Shown: piece after piece, positions 31,873 through 45,055 of the stretch
How the letters are laid out: every line of letters begins with the position of its first letter
How positions within the stretch are numbered: the stretch's first letter is position 1
NCBI GenBank assembly: GCA_030141605.1
Contig: JAQGDQ010000033.1
Location: forward strand, 861,214 to 925,213
Reading direction: 5' to 3'
Origin: Tubiluchus corallicola
Lineage: Eukaryota > Animalia > Priapulida
DNA length: 64,000 bases
Translations under genes and position numbers: made by a program
The notes under the pieces: generated by a model
What the model was told of the DNA's origin: nothing
The model's input: only the letters and a program-made list of their open reading frames with translations
The model's database searches: none

Positions 31873-32303
31873 CATAATGTCAACACAAAACACAACAGAG
31901 CAATATCAGCAGTGCGCACATTTCTAAATGTCTTCAGCTCACTAAGATGAAAGTTAGTGAAATGTCTAGAATGTCAAGTGAAATAAGTGACGTAAAATGA
32001 ATTTTACGTATATAACCATGAAAAGTGCTATCGCTAATTCATTCATTTGTCTGTGGAATAAAACGTGAATACCTGCAATATAGACTAAGTCAGTTAGCAA
32101 GGAAGTTTGTTTTTAATTTTCTATACATCCTGCAGGAGCAATTGCCAAATTATTTACATACGTCAAGTGCGTAAAATACTTCAAGGTGGGCCCTGTCAAG
32201 GGCAAAAAGTACATTGTATATGGTTTGTTAAAATAATCTGAAAGTTTTGTATGTTTAACATCTCTTAGTGGAAGTTATTACTGTTCTGTATAGCTTATTG
32301 ACG

Positions 32304-35300
32304 ATGCAAGAAAACAAATTAAAAGGAGCCAGATTTCATTCACAGAAGGAATCGGCGCAATTGAAGAAGGACGTGTCAAAACTGAAACACGCAAAGGCTG
32401 CGAAATCAGGAAAAGATGCTAGACTGAAAAAGGTGAAAAAAAGAAGTAAAGATATATTAATTTGTCAGAATGCAAGGTAACCGTGGATTCCGGATATTTG
32501 TAGGCCGTTCCTTTTAAATGGCTTACAGTCTGCAGGGGCGTATCTAGGGAGAATGACGCCTATGGAAAGCACTGAAAGCCCTGTCCAAACATCTAACACC
32601 AATCTTTTTTTATTTTTATTTATTTTATTCAAATTTACCCAGAGAGTACTGTGGTAGGATACAGAACGAACTATTCAAAGGAAGAAAAATTCAAAAGACT
32701 TTGTGAAATGGAAAAGCAAATTGAGGAACTAATATGTGACGTAAATGTTTGGTAAGGACGAGATATTTAAGGAAAATCCAAGCACCCGTCATTAAATAAA
32801 AGTTTTATTCAAATATATATTTAGACTTTACATAAGACTTTTGTTCAAGTATATATTTAAGGCTATATACTATATGCATTGTCATGTAGATGAAGCAGAA
32901 AGACTCACCAGAACATAAATAAAACTAAAATCTGCTTAAGCCAGTGGTACCCAAACTATGAAAATTACACTGCAGAATTACTGCATTGGTTCTTTGAATA
33001 CTACATCAAAAAATATTACATGTCTAGTTTTTGCGGAGAATGGTCTTACTACCAGTTGCTATTGAACATGAGCAGTGATAATCGCCATGTAGACCGAAGC
33101 GCTATACTTTTACATAATAACATACACAAGTTCCTTAACAATCTGGCCACTCTAGTGCTTCTCAGGCGCTTATAAAGACAGATCATGCATTTGGAGAAAA
33201 TTCATTTTTTAGAAACTGCTGAGTGGCGCTCAGGGCACCTCCCATACCCTACATACGGTTCTCCCAGTCTGATAATTACACAAAAGTAATAATTTCATTA
33301 AACTGTAATTACTGTATGAGATTGGGAGGTAACTCTGTTACTATGAATTTGTCGAATCAAATTATGTTACCAAAATCATTTAGTTAACTAATGAAGACTG
33401 TACAAGTACACATTTATCATTTGTTCATTTTCGATTCCTTGATGGTGAAAATAAAAAGCTCCACGATAATATCACGGAAAAACAAACAAGTTCCTGTGAT
33501 TAATGAATAAAACGCTTGCACACTAGTATTGCACTAGATTTGAACTCATAACCGCGCGATCTACTTTTTACATCCTCGAGACAAATGACGTAGCAGAAAG
33601 CCTTACTTCCAAATAAAACTTACACAGAGAGATCATCTTCATCATCATCATCATCATCATCATCATTCGTCATCATCATCGTCATCTATAGAACCACGTG
33701 CAGGAACATGATTCTGTTCACCTCGTTAATACCACGACTCCCTACCTACTGTAACGGACAAAGTGCTTCTATCGTTGAAGGACCAGTGCAACGGATGCAA
33801 AATTTGAATTATGTCAACACCTGTCCTCCTGCTGTTTTTCTGGCTGATTCTCATTGCTATTGCTTGTTGAAGAACGATTTTCACTGCACTATCTGGTAGT
33901 CCAAGCATATACACAACCCGTCTTAAACAACGCCTTTTCATTTTTCTTGTCCATCGTTCCTCTTTTATTTTTTTTTAAATACAGGTCCCTAATTGAAATT
34001 TTCTTTGGTCATCTTATAGCCAAAATATTCGCCTTTGAAACGCGTCTATTTCAGCTTTATAATTTGCTTTTTATTTCCGGAATTAAAGTTATATAAAAAT
34101 ACAGTTTCAAATAGAGAAATATTGGCACGCGAACGAAATTTCAAAATCGTAACCGATAGGCAACTTTAATGCACCACTACTACTGTATGGGGAATCTTAA
34201 TGTTATAAGTGCATAGCTCTTCGTAAAAGGCTGTTGCACTCTTTATAAAACCTGTTAAGGCAATCTAAAATTTTAAATGCTTGCCACGCCCCCTAGAGGT
34301 TTTGCTGAGAGTGAGTCCATGGTGAAAAAATTTCGAGTTACAGGGCTTCGCCTGGACCAAATTTAGTTCTTTTACCTTAGTCTCCCTGTCATTAATTTCA
34401 ATTCAATTCAGTTCACCAATAGTGACCAGAATTCTTTAGCGGTTCAACTTAACCAGTAGTTAAGAAATAAGCGAATTTCTTTAATTGACACGTAAGTTAG
34501 CCTAAGTAAATTTAAACGTGTTGACAGAGTACATATTTTTTGTGATTTTATTATCTGTGTCGTTTTAAAATAAAATTTTAAATGCACAGCTGCAAGCCCA
34601 GACTAGTTTAATTTTTTTGTGGTGAATGTTTGTTTCAAAACTCAACCAGAAGTTTGTCACGAGGATTTTTTTATATGTCTATCCTCTTTTTTTCTGTTGA
34701 CGGCATATAATACAGCGCTTTTGATCATCCTAATAATATATTTAGGAATAACATTCAACACATTTCATCGAAATGAATTCTTTTTCTTTTGATTGTAATT
34801 AAAAGAAACATAGTTTCATACATTATTTTAATGAATACACTGTACTACTATATAAATACAATGGTGAAAACAACTCAGTGCTTATTAGTGGGCAGAATGG
34901 ACTCCGAGAACCCCTCTTTTAGAATAAAGTGATGAAATCGCCTTGGATTTTGTGTCAAATATAATCGGTTTTGCAGATATTTCCAGAGTCAGGTGGCACT
35001 GCAGAAAGAACAGACGAAAGGACTCTATCGCATACCGCAACAAGTCCTACATCCAAAGCTGCAACAACTACACCCTTATCAGATGAAGGTGGAGGAACAC
35101 ACGGCAACAACGGAAGAGTCGATTCAGTAGCTAGCAGTAGCACCACAAGTAACGCCATAGATGCAGTCGCCACCTCTAGACATGAAAAGTCTCCAACAGA
35201 AAAGCTTTTTCTCTTCGACTTTTTTGAGGAACCTGAATTCAATGCTGACAACGATGGTCCTGTGAATTAGTCTAAGTTTAACTTTAATTTCACAAATAAA

Positions 35301-38300
35301 ATTTAAATTTCTTAAATGTGCTCTTTCGTAATTAAAAATGAGTGAAGATAATTATTTAATTAGGAAGAGTTGCGTCCTCGGGAATGATTGCGTTTGCCTG
35401 GGCAATCCATTGCACCTTTTTATTTTTCTTTATTTACCAATAGGGGCAATGGGTATTTAACGAGGATAAATGCTTTGGGCAATGTTGACATACGCACGAA
35501 GAGGATTCCTGTTAGATACGAAGCGTAGAAGCTCTATTTAGATCGCGTCTCACAAATACTATGCATAATTTATTATAATAGATAGAAAGAAATCAGTTTT
35601 CAAAGCAAAAGCGCTAGAATTGCTTAATAAAAATTTTACTCTCACTTCTTTTTGAAAAATAAAAGTTCCTATTTAATATCATTCATCTATGAAGTTTGAA
35701 ACGCAAAATGAAATTCTATAAATGTCTTTGAAAGTATTGTATTACACAACTATATTTTTGTGTTTGCAAAAATGGGGAAGAGGTTTTTGTCTGCCAAGTC
35801 AGTTATTTTTGCAAAAGCATAGCAAAAAGCTGGTATATTATAATAGTGATCAAACATATTATATACCCTGTATAAAACATATAATCACTTAATCAGCGAC
35901 TACTAATCAGTTCTGATTTATAATTTCTAAAGATGGAAGCGTACATTTTGTAAAGCAAGACGTTTACTGTTCATGTGGCCTAAACTGGCAGTTCAATTCT
36001 GTTCTATGCTGTAATATGCTTTATAATTAATTAATAGCAAGCAACTGCAGTTTATAATTAAGGCACAGCATCTTATTGAATATCGTCAGTTTCTTTCTGT
36101 TTTGCTGTTTCTCTAATTTTTAACGTCGAATAGAGCAGCTAAAGCCAACTTGCATGGCAGTTTAATTTATAACGCTTGTAATATTAATATGACAATTTAT
36201 ATAATGTTGTAGAAGACGCAGAAGAAATTTTCTTGGATAACTTCAAAAAAACTGTTGATATTGTGAAAGAAGATAAAAACTTTGAAGAAGGAATGTTACT
36301 GCGGAATATCACAGACCATGGTATTGCTCGGATCAATCTTCTTTTATCAATAAGTTCAATCTTTCGCTTAAACTGCTTTTAATTTACTAGCTCAGTTGAT
36401 TTTTTATGATACGAATCGCAAAAAAAATTACAAGAATTTGGCTATTTCACTGATTAGTTTACTTTTGTACATGCGGAAAAATGAGATGACTGAGAGAGTC
36501 CTGTTGAAAAATCCATCAATTTCGGGAAAAACCTTGAAGTTCAAAATATTGACGGCGATTATTGACAAATGATTTCTTTGTGTGACGTGGCGACCAGGTA
36601 GGAAAATGGTTAAAATTTGAGGCTATATCCATAATTTTAACTCAAAGGAAACAAACAAGATGTTTTTGAGGTGTACTCACTAATCAGGAAACTGAAATCG
36701 CCCAAAAAAAGAAACAACACAACTGCCATTATTATGAAAAGATTTTTCACATTATCTTTATACTAAAAATCAACCAAAATTGTCAATGCAACTTTAGTTG
36801 GTTTTTCAAATACAAAGTATTAAAAAGATTACTCTTAGCATGTTTTCTTCCTTCTGCGCCATTACGTATTTCCAGGGTGATCACAATGTTCCGTAAGTAA
36901 GCATTGTACCAAATATTATCCCTGTGTACACTGTGAAACCGTAAACGCGATTAAATAGTTATTGAAATTTTATGCGCTATAATCTTTGTGCTAAAGTGGC
37001 TTTGAAATAGTACTTCTCGGAAATTGTTTTTTAATGGTAAACTTGTTCATTCATTTTTTTAAATTTAGGTTTATACGCCTATATGCACTACGCAGTATTT
37101 AGTGCGAGGACACAGAAAGATATAAGCAAACTATCAAAAGAAGTAAAGTCATCCTACATTGACACTGTAAAACGCTGTTTTGGCAAGTCTCAAAAACATT
37201 TATTAGGTATTTGCATTTTGTGTTGAAGCAATATAAAGGGCATACTTTACGTGTAGATTGTACCTTAATTAGCTTGTCTTCAAAATCAAAAAGTATTCCA
37301 AAGAAACAAAGTCTGTTCATATTGAAAATAGTACACTGCTATCTTTGGTATTAAAAAATTACGTATTATATAATTTGTACCAATAATATTACTATAAGTG
37401 GCATCTTATTATAATTCTACAAAACTTTTTAGCGCAACGTATACTTCCAAACAATTTTAGAACTTAGCTGATAATGAACGATATCATTAATTAGATTATG
37501 GCTGTGAATGAAATAAGTTGCTGGCATTCACAGTCAATCTATTTAATTATTTTAGAAATCAGTTTTGAATTTCAACGCTGATCTCAGTAACTTTGAACTT
37601 CATGATGTGAACATTGCATTCTTGACAACTTAATTCACAGGTACCTTTGTTGAACTGGCTTCAACTGCACTACCGGATGTGGCCGAACTGCGGAGGAAGC
37701 CTACTAATCACACTACGGGATTCCTTGTTGCATCCTTCAAACTTCTTCCAGGAACTCACCTTGAAATCATGGACAAAACTTGGGCCGATTGGAGCGGTGT
37801 TAAAACCATCTACAGAAATATGCCAAAAAACATGGGTGAGGGCGACTGTTTAACTATTTAGACAGACGGACTAACTGCGTAGTTATCAGACAGACTGTTT
37901 TGATAGATTTTGAGCGATTATTCTATGGTAGAATTTGGCAGAGCTTGCAACGATGCAACGAGACGTGAAAACGAAAACAAGGAAACCGCTAATTAGCACC
38001 CACGCTTTCGACTGATGCACAGTGACTAGTGTCGACGTCATATTAAGTGGTCTTCCTTTACAACCCAGGCATCAAGCCTGTTTGTTTGGTTTCGATGACC
38101 TTGCAGATAAGTTCGGTACTCAGTATAGTATAAAACCTTATTATTCTTTCAGTCAAAGTGGTGGTTCAGAGAACCATAGTGATCCTTCTTCCTACAGTTC
38201 TAGAAATGATTTGTGGAAAGTCAGAGATTTAGTTTTGTGAATTACGAGCTCCTACTTTACAGACTAATATAAATGATTTATAAGCTTATTTTTTTTATTT

Positions 38301-38553
38301 GATCAAATTAAATTAATCAAGTAAAACAAGTAATTTGTTCGTTCGTATTGTAGGTTTGAAGCGGTTAAGTTTCTTCAAATCAGCGGTAAATAAAGTACGT
38401 GGAAAATACGGATTCAACTACGCTTTAGCACTCGAATGCTCCAATGTGCTATCATCCGAAGCACAACTGATTTCAGCCTTAAGATATGCCGATGAACTAA
38501 AAAATAAAAGGTGTGGAGACATCGGACTATATACACTGCTAAAAATTTATTAA
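32304..38553 (+). CDS. Uncharacterised protein, tandem paralog B (349 aa; DUF7153-like)
   Basis: Exons 32304-32432, 34977-35256, 36213-36320, 37069-37206, 37641-37835, 38354-38553. Intron phases are identical to paralog A, as are exon 1/3/5/6 lengths (129, 108, 195, 200 nt). Confidence 0.85.
32533..33262. mobile_element. Possible decayed MITE with CAGGGGCGTATCTAGGG-type termini in paralog B intron 1
   Basis: 5' caggggcgtatctaggg at 32533 and imperfect inverse ccctacatacg at 33247-33257; similar ends at 19234 and about 20700. Confidence 0.3.
33635..33945 (-). mobile_element. RTE-like LINE 3' fragment with (GAT)n tail
   Basis: Minus ORF KRRCLRRVVYMLGLPDS..VKIVL...RRTGVDII...GRESW resembles a decayed RRLRWxGHVLRMP...RRTWxD...DRxxW. 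It ends in a (GAT)n tail, seen as (CAT)n at 33635-33686. Confidence 0.55.
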
Positions 38554-38927
38554 ACCGTCGATCAGTGTACATTATTAGGGAAAAATTTTTTCGTGACAAC
38601 CACAATGAATCTTGTGTGCAAGGCACCATTAGACACGCTGAGCCTATCTGACGAATGTTCTTTCAGATTTCAGCTTAACTAATTTTATCGCAGGCTTAAT
38701 TGATAATTTAGTTTCTTCAAAACTTGTGATAATTAAACTACTGTATACTTTGTTAGCTTACCTAAATGTATATTGCACGATTATTTAATAATAATTACGA
38801 ATAGTTTAAACTACTGGTTTTTACTTTCATAATATTACGCTACAATCCTCTGTTAAGAAAATTAAATATATTATGGTGCATTTCTAATCAGTTAATGATT
38901 TCTTGACCTTGCCAACCTGCCACAGGG

Positions 38928-39200
38928 AAGGAACTGAAGTTTAGACCAGGCAATCTCATAGACGCAATTCTAGAATTTATGGGGTAAGCATCCAGAATAC
39001 AATGAGTCTCCTATATCATAATCTACAACATTAAGTAAACCGCAAAAATAACCAGAGACAACGCAATAGACGTAAAGTTGAACAAAAGTGACTCTGTAGA
39101 CTGGTTGTTTACTACATAGACTGGATGCTTACTCCACAAATCTCAACGCTGCATTAAAAGGCAGAGGGTATCGCTAAGGAAGGGGAAGTTTCAGTTCTTT
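38928..39200. repeat. Fold-back (MITE-like) element between paralog B and the zinc-finger 3' UTR
   Basis: aaggaactgaagttt (about 38928) pairs with aagtttcagttcttt (about 39186); tttatggggtaagcatccag (about 38976) pairs with ctggatgcttactccacaaa (39121-39140). Confidence 0.65.
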
Positions 39201-40569
39201 TAATTCATTTCATTAATACGCAGTTACATATCCTACTCTCAAGATACAAATCCAATAACTAATTTAATCAAATTGATACATTGCAAAATAATACAGGTAG
39301 ACTGTATTCAATATGATGAATTTATGTTTTTTTAAATTTCAATTAAATGATAATATTTCATAATAGTACATACAACAAAAAGATGTTTTCTAAGTCATAA
39401 ATATATATATCACGTCCTGTGAAAACAATTTAAATATGACAAGATTCTTCAACAGAATTATTAATTGGTAAAGGGTGTACATAAACATATGTAAACTTCA
39501 ACTAATTACTTTTCAAAATGTCCAAAGCAAAATATGAACTAAGTATTCATAATTAATATTGAAAGTCATAAACTTATGAACAAGACATTATTATACAACA
39601 GCTACTTCCGTTAATTTCCCAAAACTGCAATTTCATTTCAGTCCAAATCTTTAAGCATTTATTATAGACAACTTTCCTAATATGACATAAAAATTAATCT
39701 AAGAGCTTTGTCAACATTAATTCTATATCTCTATTGTGCCATCTGCAGGCTAGCAAATAAACTAATTGGTGCAGATACTGCTTCGTATTATACAACAACA
39801 AAAAAAAGAACCTTTGAACCTCAACTATGAACGTTGTCTAACGATCTCTAAGAATATAGATACATGATCCAATATGTACTGAATTTATACAACAACTACA
39901 ACAAGAATATTTACAAACCGTGTACTACACACCGAGAAATTAATAACAAAAGCAATGATGTGCCAGATTTGCTTCAAGTCACAAATGACATTCAGCAGAC
40001 TCACTTTGACCATAATTTTTTCCTAACAGATCATGTCTATACATAATCATTTTATATTTGCACACAAGACACAGTTTCCAACAAATTCAACAAGAACTGT
40101 AGAATACAGCGTTGTCTTCAGATGAAGATTCGAAAAGGACATAATTGGGTGCTAGAAAACTGCAGAACAACAATGTGCTACTTGCTACTAGGCACACCCA
40201 TTATTAACATATTTATTATAAACTTGTATCTACACTTCTCATTTCTACATTCAGTTGCAAATCATCGTCTTTGAGACACCCAAACTATCGTATAGATTTA
40301 CACAGTACAGAATAAATATATATTTTAACACTATACCACAGAGAACCGATACATTAAAAGAAAATATAGAAGCCCAACACAAAAAATTACATATGCAACT
40401 AGCTGCGAACAAGATTAACCAATTCCAAATAAAAACATTTCAACTGTTTTATTCAGATTTAATTTGGAAACAAATAAAATCATTTGATTTGCTTGTAAAT
40501 CCAACAAAAAGTTTTTATGTGCAATTTGCTCATCTTGTTCTTGGTGCAATTGTCAATATTTTTTCACAA

Positions 40570-43098
40570 TTAGCTGTGTTGTGTTTTTATATGAGTTTTC
40601 AAACTGTGTGGCTGCGTAAATGCTGCTGTACACTCCGAGCATTTGTACGGCTTCTCTCCCGTATGTGTCCGTTTGTGGCATTTTAGCGTGTAAGATGCGC
40701 GGAATGTTGATGAGCACACCTCACACTTGAAAGGTTTCTCTCCTGTGTGAATGCGCATATGAGAGATGAGGCCATTCCGGTCGCTGAACGTGCCACGGCA
40801 GTCCTCGCAACGATAGGGTTTTTCACCGGTGTGAGTGCGGATGTGTCGGGCCAGTCCCGCCTTGCTGTTGAAGCTGGCATCACACTCAGGCTGAGTGCAC
40901 TTGTATGCTCGATCTCCACCGTGCGAACGCATATGCTGTGACAAGCCGTTGTTGTTCATAAAAGTGGCGCGACAAATGTCGCACTTGAATAGAGGCTCTT
41001 CAAGTGGACCGTGTTTAAACTGTTTGTGATTTTGCAGATCATTGAGTTGCCGGAATGCATCACCACACGTATCACAGCGATATAGCTTCACTTTGCCAAC
41101 GGCATGAGATCGCTTGTGTAATTCTAAATCATCATTTGTCACGAACACTTCTCCGCAAACATCGCAAGCAGTTGCTGTTTTGTCTATTATTGGTTGTTCA
41201 TTGGTCAACGATATTCCGACCTCATCTTTTAATGCATCCTTGCTATGTACTTTCTTGTGTGCATAGAGACCACTGCGATACGAATACGACGCACCACATA
41301 TTTTACAAGAATATGGCTTATCTCCACTTAGTTTTCTTTTTCTTTGTTTTCTAAAATCGGCATGATCAGGAAATGCGCCTTTCAGAATGACATGGTATGC
41401 GGTGAAGTGTTGCTCTAGCATTTCACGCTGTGTAAATCTTTCTGGGCACTGACTACACTGGAACAGGCGAGGTTTGATATGTGTTAGCATGTGCTGTTCC
41501 ATTTCCTTTTGACCATCGAATCTCACATTGCAGACGTTGCATTGAAACGAAACAGCAGCTTCTAAACTGTGAGCTAGCTCATGCTTGTGCAGACTTGACA
41601 TGTCTGAAAACACTGCCGTACAGATGCCACACTTGAGCAAGTTCATGTGACTAATGATGGGATGGTGCATCGACAAATTTCCACCATTACTCAACCCAGC
41701 ACTCATAGTGAGCTGCAGCTGCTGCTGCTGAGCCAGTAGTGCTTTCTTGTTCTCTGCTGCATGACTAATTAGATGCTCTTTCAGATCCTCTTCCTCGCGG
41801 AATGTCTCCCCACACTGAGTACAGTTCAATTCCTCATCGTCACTGTTACCACCTGCATTTACCTTCCCTGTAGCATGTGTCGCCAAGTGGCCAATCAGAC
41901 TATCTTCATCGTTAAAGGTAACACCACATTCATCACAATTAAAATTTTCTTCGCACTGCACAATGTCTTTACTTAAATTTACGCCATGAGCTGCTAGAAT
42001 GTGATCCTTAAGATTTGCTTCAGTTGGAAACTTTGAATTACATTTATCGCAGCTGTACACTTCAAAGGGGTTATACGCACTGTCAGTGGCATGACTAACT
42101 AAGTGATTTTTTAAGCTAACTTCATCTTGAAAGTGTAGTCCACAAATGTTGCAGCTGTGCACAATGTTCTTATATGTAAAAAATGACTTCACTGCAGCAT
42201 GCGTAGCGAGATGTTGATTAAATGATGCCTGGTCAGTAAATGCTGAACCACATTCTGCACAGATGTATGGTTGCTTGTCAGGAGGCTGGCTTTGGTACGG
42301 CTGTTGTGCTGCAAGTGTAGCCAGTTCCTTGAGACGGTCTTGGTCACTGTAAACACCATTACCCTCCTGCTTGACAGGACTACTGCTATAACCTGAACTC
42401 GTTCCTGTTGTAACATGCGTTGACATGTGCTCGGTTAAACTCTCTTGTCTACTAAAACTAGCCGTGCATTCATTGCAGTTAAACTGTTTCTCACGTATTT
42501 TGTACTGATAAGGTTTGACTGCAGTGTGAGTTGCTAAATGCTCTTTCAAACTATCGAGTGTGCTAAAGCTAGCTCGGCATTCATCGCATGTGTATACTTT
42601 TTCTCGCATCTGAAAAATTTCGACTGTATTCCATCGATCATTTGGGGCAGGCTGTTGGACATATGGGAGACCATATACAGCTAACTGTGAACTGTCCAAT
42701 CCAGCATAATTGTTGAAATTTGGATATGCTAGACTGGAAGTGTTCAAACCAGCAGTGCTGATATCTGTGGAAACTATGTTCTGTACAGAGACAGACGGTT
42801 TTGCAGCCGCTTGAAGGCTCTCGCACGTACGGCACTTCACTGGTTCCTCTCCTCGATGGAATGTAACACTACCACACTTCTGACAAAGATACGGTTCTCC
42901 TTGCCCATGTGACGATTTTGTGTGCGCTGCCAGTGCCTCCTGAGTACTAAATGTTGCACTGCAAGTTTTGCACTTATGTGTTGGTGCAGGTGCTGGCACT
43001 GATACTGATGCAGTTTGAGGCTCTTGGTCCCCAGTACGTGAAGGCTGTGTCATAGCAGTCGTTGTGGTGAGTGTGTCACCACTATTACTGCTAGCCAT
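40570..43098 (-). CDS. Multi-C2H2 zinc finger protein (842 aa, 19 C2H2 fingers), single coding exon
   Basis: Long intact ORF with 19 CxxC-x12-HxxxH units (one Cx4C); the C-terminal fingers are joined by TGEKPY/F linkers; basic NLS RKQRKRK; splice acceptor ttgtag lies 9 nt upstream of the ATG. Confidence 0.93.
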   Translation of the reverse strand: MASSNSGDTLTTTTAMTQPSRTGDQEPQTASVSVPAPAPTHKCKTCSATFSTQEALAAHTKSSHGQGEPYLCQKCGSVTFHRGEEPVKCRTCESLQAAAKPSVSVQNIVSTDISTAGLNTSSLAYPNFNNYAGLDSSQLAVYGLPYVQQPAPNDRWNTVEIFQMREKVYTCDECRASFSTLDSLKEHLATHTAVKPYQYKIREKQFNCNECTASFSRQESLTEHMSTHVTTGTSSGYSSSPVKQEGNGVYSDQDRLKELATLAAQQPYQSQPPDKQPYICAECGSAFTDQASFNQHLATHAAVKSFFTYKNIVHSCNICGLHFQDEVSLKNHLVSHATDSAYNPFEVYSCDKCNSKFPTEANLKDHILAAHGVNLSKDIVQCEENFNCDECGVTFNDEDSLIGHLATHATGKVNAGGNSDDEELNCTQCGETFREEEDLKEHLISHAAENKKALLAQQQQLQLTMSAGLSNGGNLSMHHPIISHMNLLKCGICTAVFSDMSSLHKHELAHSLEAAVSFQCNVCNVRFDGQKEMEQHMLTHIKPRLFQCSQCPERFTQREMLEQHFTAYHVILKGAFPDHADFRKQRKRKLSGDKPYSCKICGASYSYRSGLYAHKKVHSKDALKDEVGISLTNEQPIIDKTATACDVCGEVFVTNDDLELHKRSHAVGKVKLYRCDTCGDAFRQLNDLQNHKQFKHGPLEEPLFKCDICRATFMNNNGLSQHMRSHGGDRAYKCTQPECDASFNSKAGLARHIRTHTGEKPYRCEDCRGTFSDRNGLISHMRIHTGEKPFKCEVCSSTFRASYTLKCHKRTHTGEKPYKCSECTAAFTQPHSLKTHIKTQHS

Positions 43099-44699
43099 CA
43101 GATCTGCCTACAACAAAAAGTTAAGTAATTACTTTAAACACTGCTAGCTATTAATTTTGCTAATATATGTTTTTATACACATGGATATATGGTTTCTATA
43201 GATTATAGAGTCCAGTGACGCGGTTGGTAGTCATACCAGTGGTTAACGTCAGGTCTGGATTATGACATTTTGGGGCACATAGGCTAATGAAATTATGAGC
43301 CCCCTCAGAAAGAGCCACCCAGTAACTCGCTAGCGCCAGTCTTCAATATTTATTCCTCGTGATACACTTTACATAGCTTGAAGTAAACTTACTGCATATT
43401 TGGCCTCGTTTTTAAAGTTGAAACTTTATTTTAAGATATTTTCAAAAAAACTGTGTTTGAAAATCTTTTAGCATAGGCCCTAGTCAGCAGATATACCTCA
43501 CTGGTATATCTTTATTAGTGCAGAAGAGTCAAATTTTCTGTTTTCCGATCATTCCTGCTTTTTGAATGTTGCAGCGCGAGAGTGCTAGGTTGCCTTGTAT
43601 CACTCAAGCAATGCTTTTGACAAGAATAACCACTTTTACATTTTTCAAAGGGAGTGAAACATTCCATTCTTAGGTGTGACTGATGACAGGTATGACTGAT
43701 ATGAATGAATTAGTTTGTATCACGTACTTTACAGATGGCAGATTTGAGCCTGAACAGACTGGGCAAACAATATACTGTCTGGTTTGAAAGAAAAATTGAA
43801 ATTTACTGCCATTCTTTGGGTTCTGTGATGGAGCTATAGACATGAATAATCATAGAAATTGTAGTTAATTCATTCATTTGCATAAAAGCCATGAGTTGAG
43901 CAAGTCCTAATTAAAACGTGCTTGAGATGCTGTATGCTTAAATAAGTTAGTGAGATTTAATCTGAAATGATTTTTTGTGTGACAATAGTAACACTGAAAC
44001 AACTCTTATCATTAATACAAAAATCATTTATGCTTCAGTTATGCAAAAATGGTCAAATGTTGCGCAGAAACTATAATTATATATATATATATATATTATA
44101 TATATACATATAACTCCTAATCTAGACTAAATATAATTTTTTTGGAAATTTAACCAGAATGGTTAATTATTGTCTAAATTACTGTGCATTACTGTAAAAG
44201 TAAATAAAGGCACATATGTTATTCTGATATAAATGGTGTTTGTAATAAAACTACAACACGCTCTTTAAGAAGCAAAACAAAACTTATTCGTCTGATTTTT
44301 TTTATTAAAAAAATTTAACACAAAGATAAATGAGTAAAGATACAAAAATATACCCTGTATTGGTACTATGTATATGTCTAGACTCAAAATATATGTTCAT
44401 TAAATAGACTGATAATCAATAATGCCGAATATTACACATAGTGTTTATCTACCCTTTCCACCATTAATTTTGGCAATGGGAATAGACTTACAAATATTTA
44501 TCAAGTCACCTTATAGGGCTATGCACATTAATAAGCATACACAGTTTTGCAAGCCAGAATTTCTCTAAATGGAACCCGGATCATAGTTGTTTGTCCTGGT
44601 GGACATAGTAAAAAAGAAGTACTAAACACTCCCTCTGAGACCTCCATGAAGTGCTTCACGAACATTTTTGTAGGTGGGTAAAGTTTTTTGACAAAAGAA

Positions 44700-45055
44700 C
44701 CAGCAAAAAGATTCCTATTTTTGCACCTATACCTGCCTTTCTTCACAAAGTTTCTCGGAAGTCTGTTAGATAGTTTTTGCGCAATACTGCCATAACAGAC
44801 AAAAACAATCAAACAAACAGACAAACAAACAAATAAACTGTGAAGCATAACTTCCTTGGCAGAGGTAAAAACAACTAAAATTATTATCCTCCACTGTAAC
44901 TCTAACCCTGAGCACATATTGTTACTAAGCATGCTATTTTTTCCTGTGCTATTTTTACCTAATCTGTCATTTGTGCCATTTTTCCTACTTTTCCATTTGT
45001 GCAATTTTTACCATGCCATTTTTTCCTGTGCCATTTTTACCTACATTCGCAAAGG
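44700..45055 (-). mobile_element. Helentron/HINE-like non-autonomous element end plus adjacent ~15-bp tandem repeat
   Basis: Minus strand TTTTACCTCTGCCAAGGAAGTTATG followed by a (TTTG/TCTG)n microsatellite; adjacent repeats of tgtgccatttttacc at about 44930-45045. Confidence 0.4.

Noticed and set aside
40255-42835. Overlapping and antisense ORFs within the zinc-finger gene
   Set aside because: Shadow frames of a long coding exon with no independent motifs.
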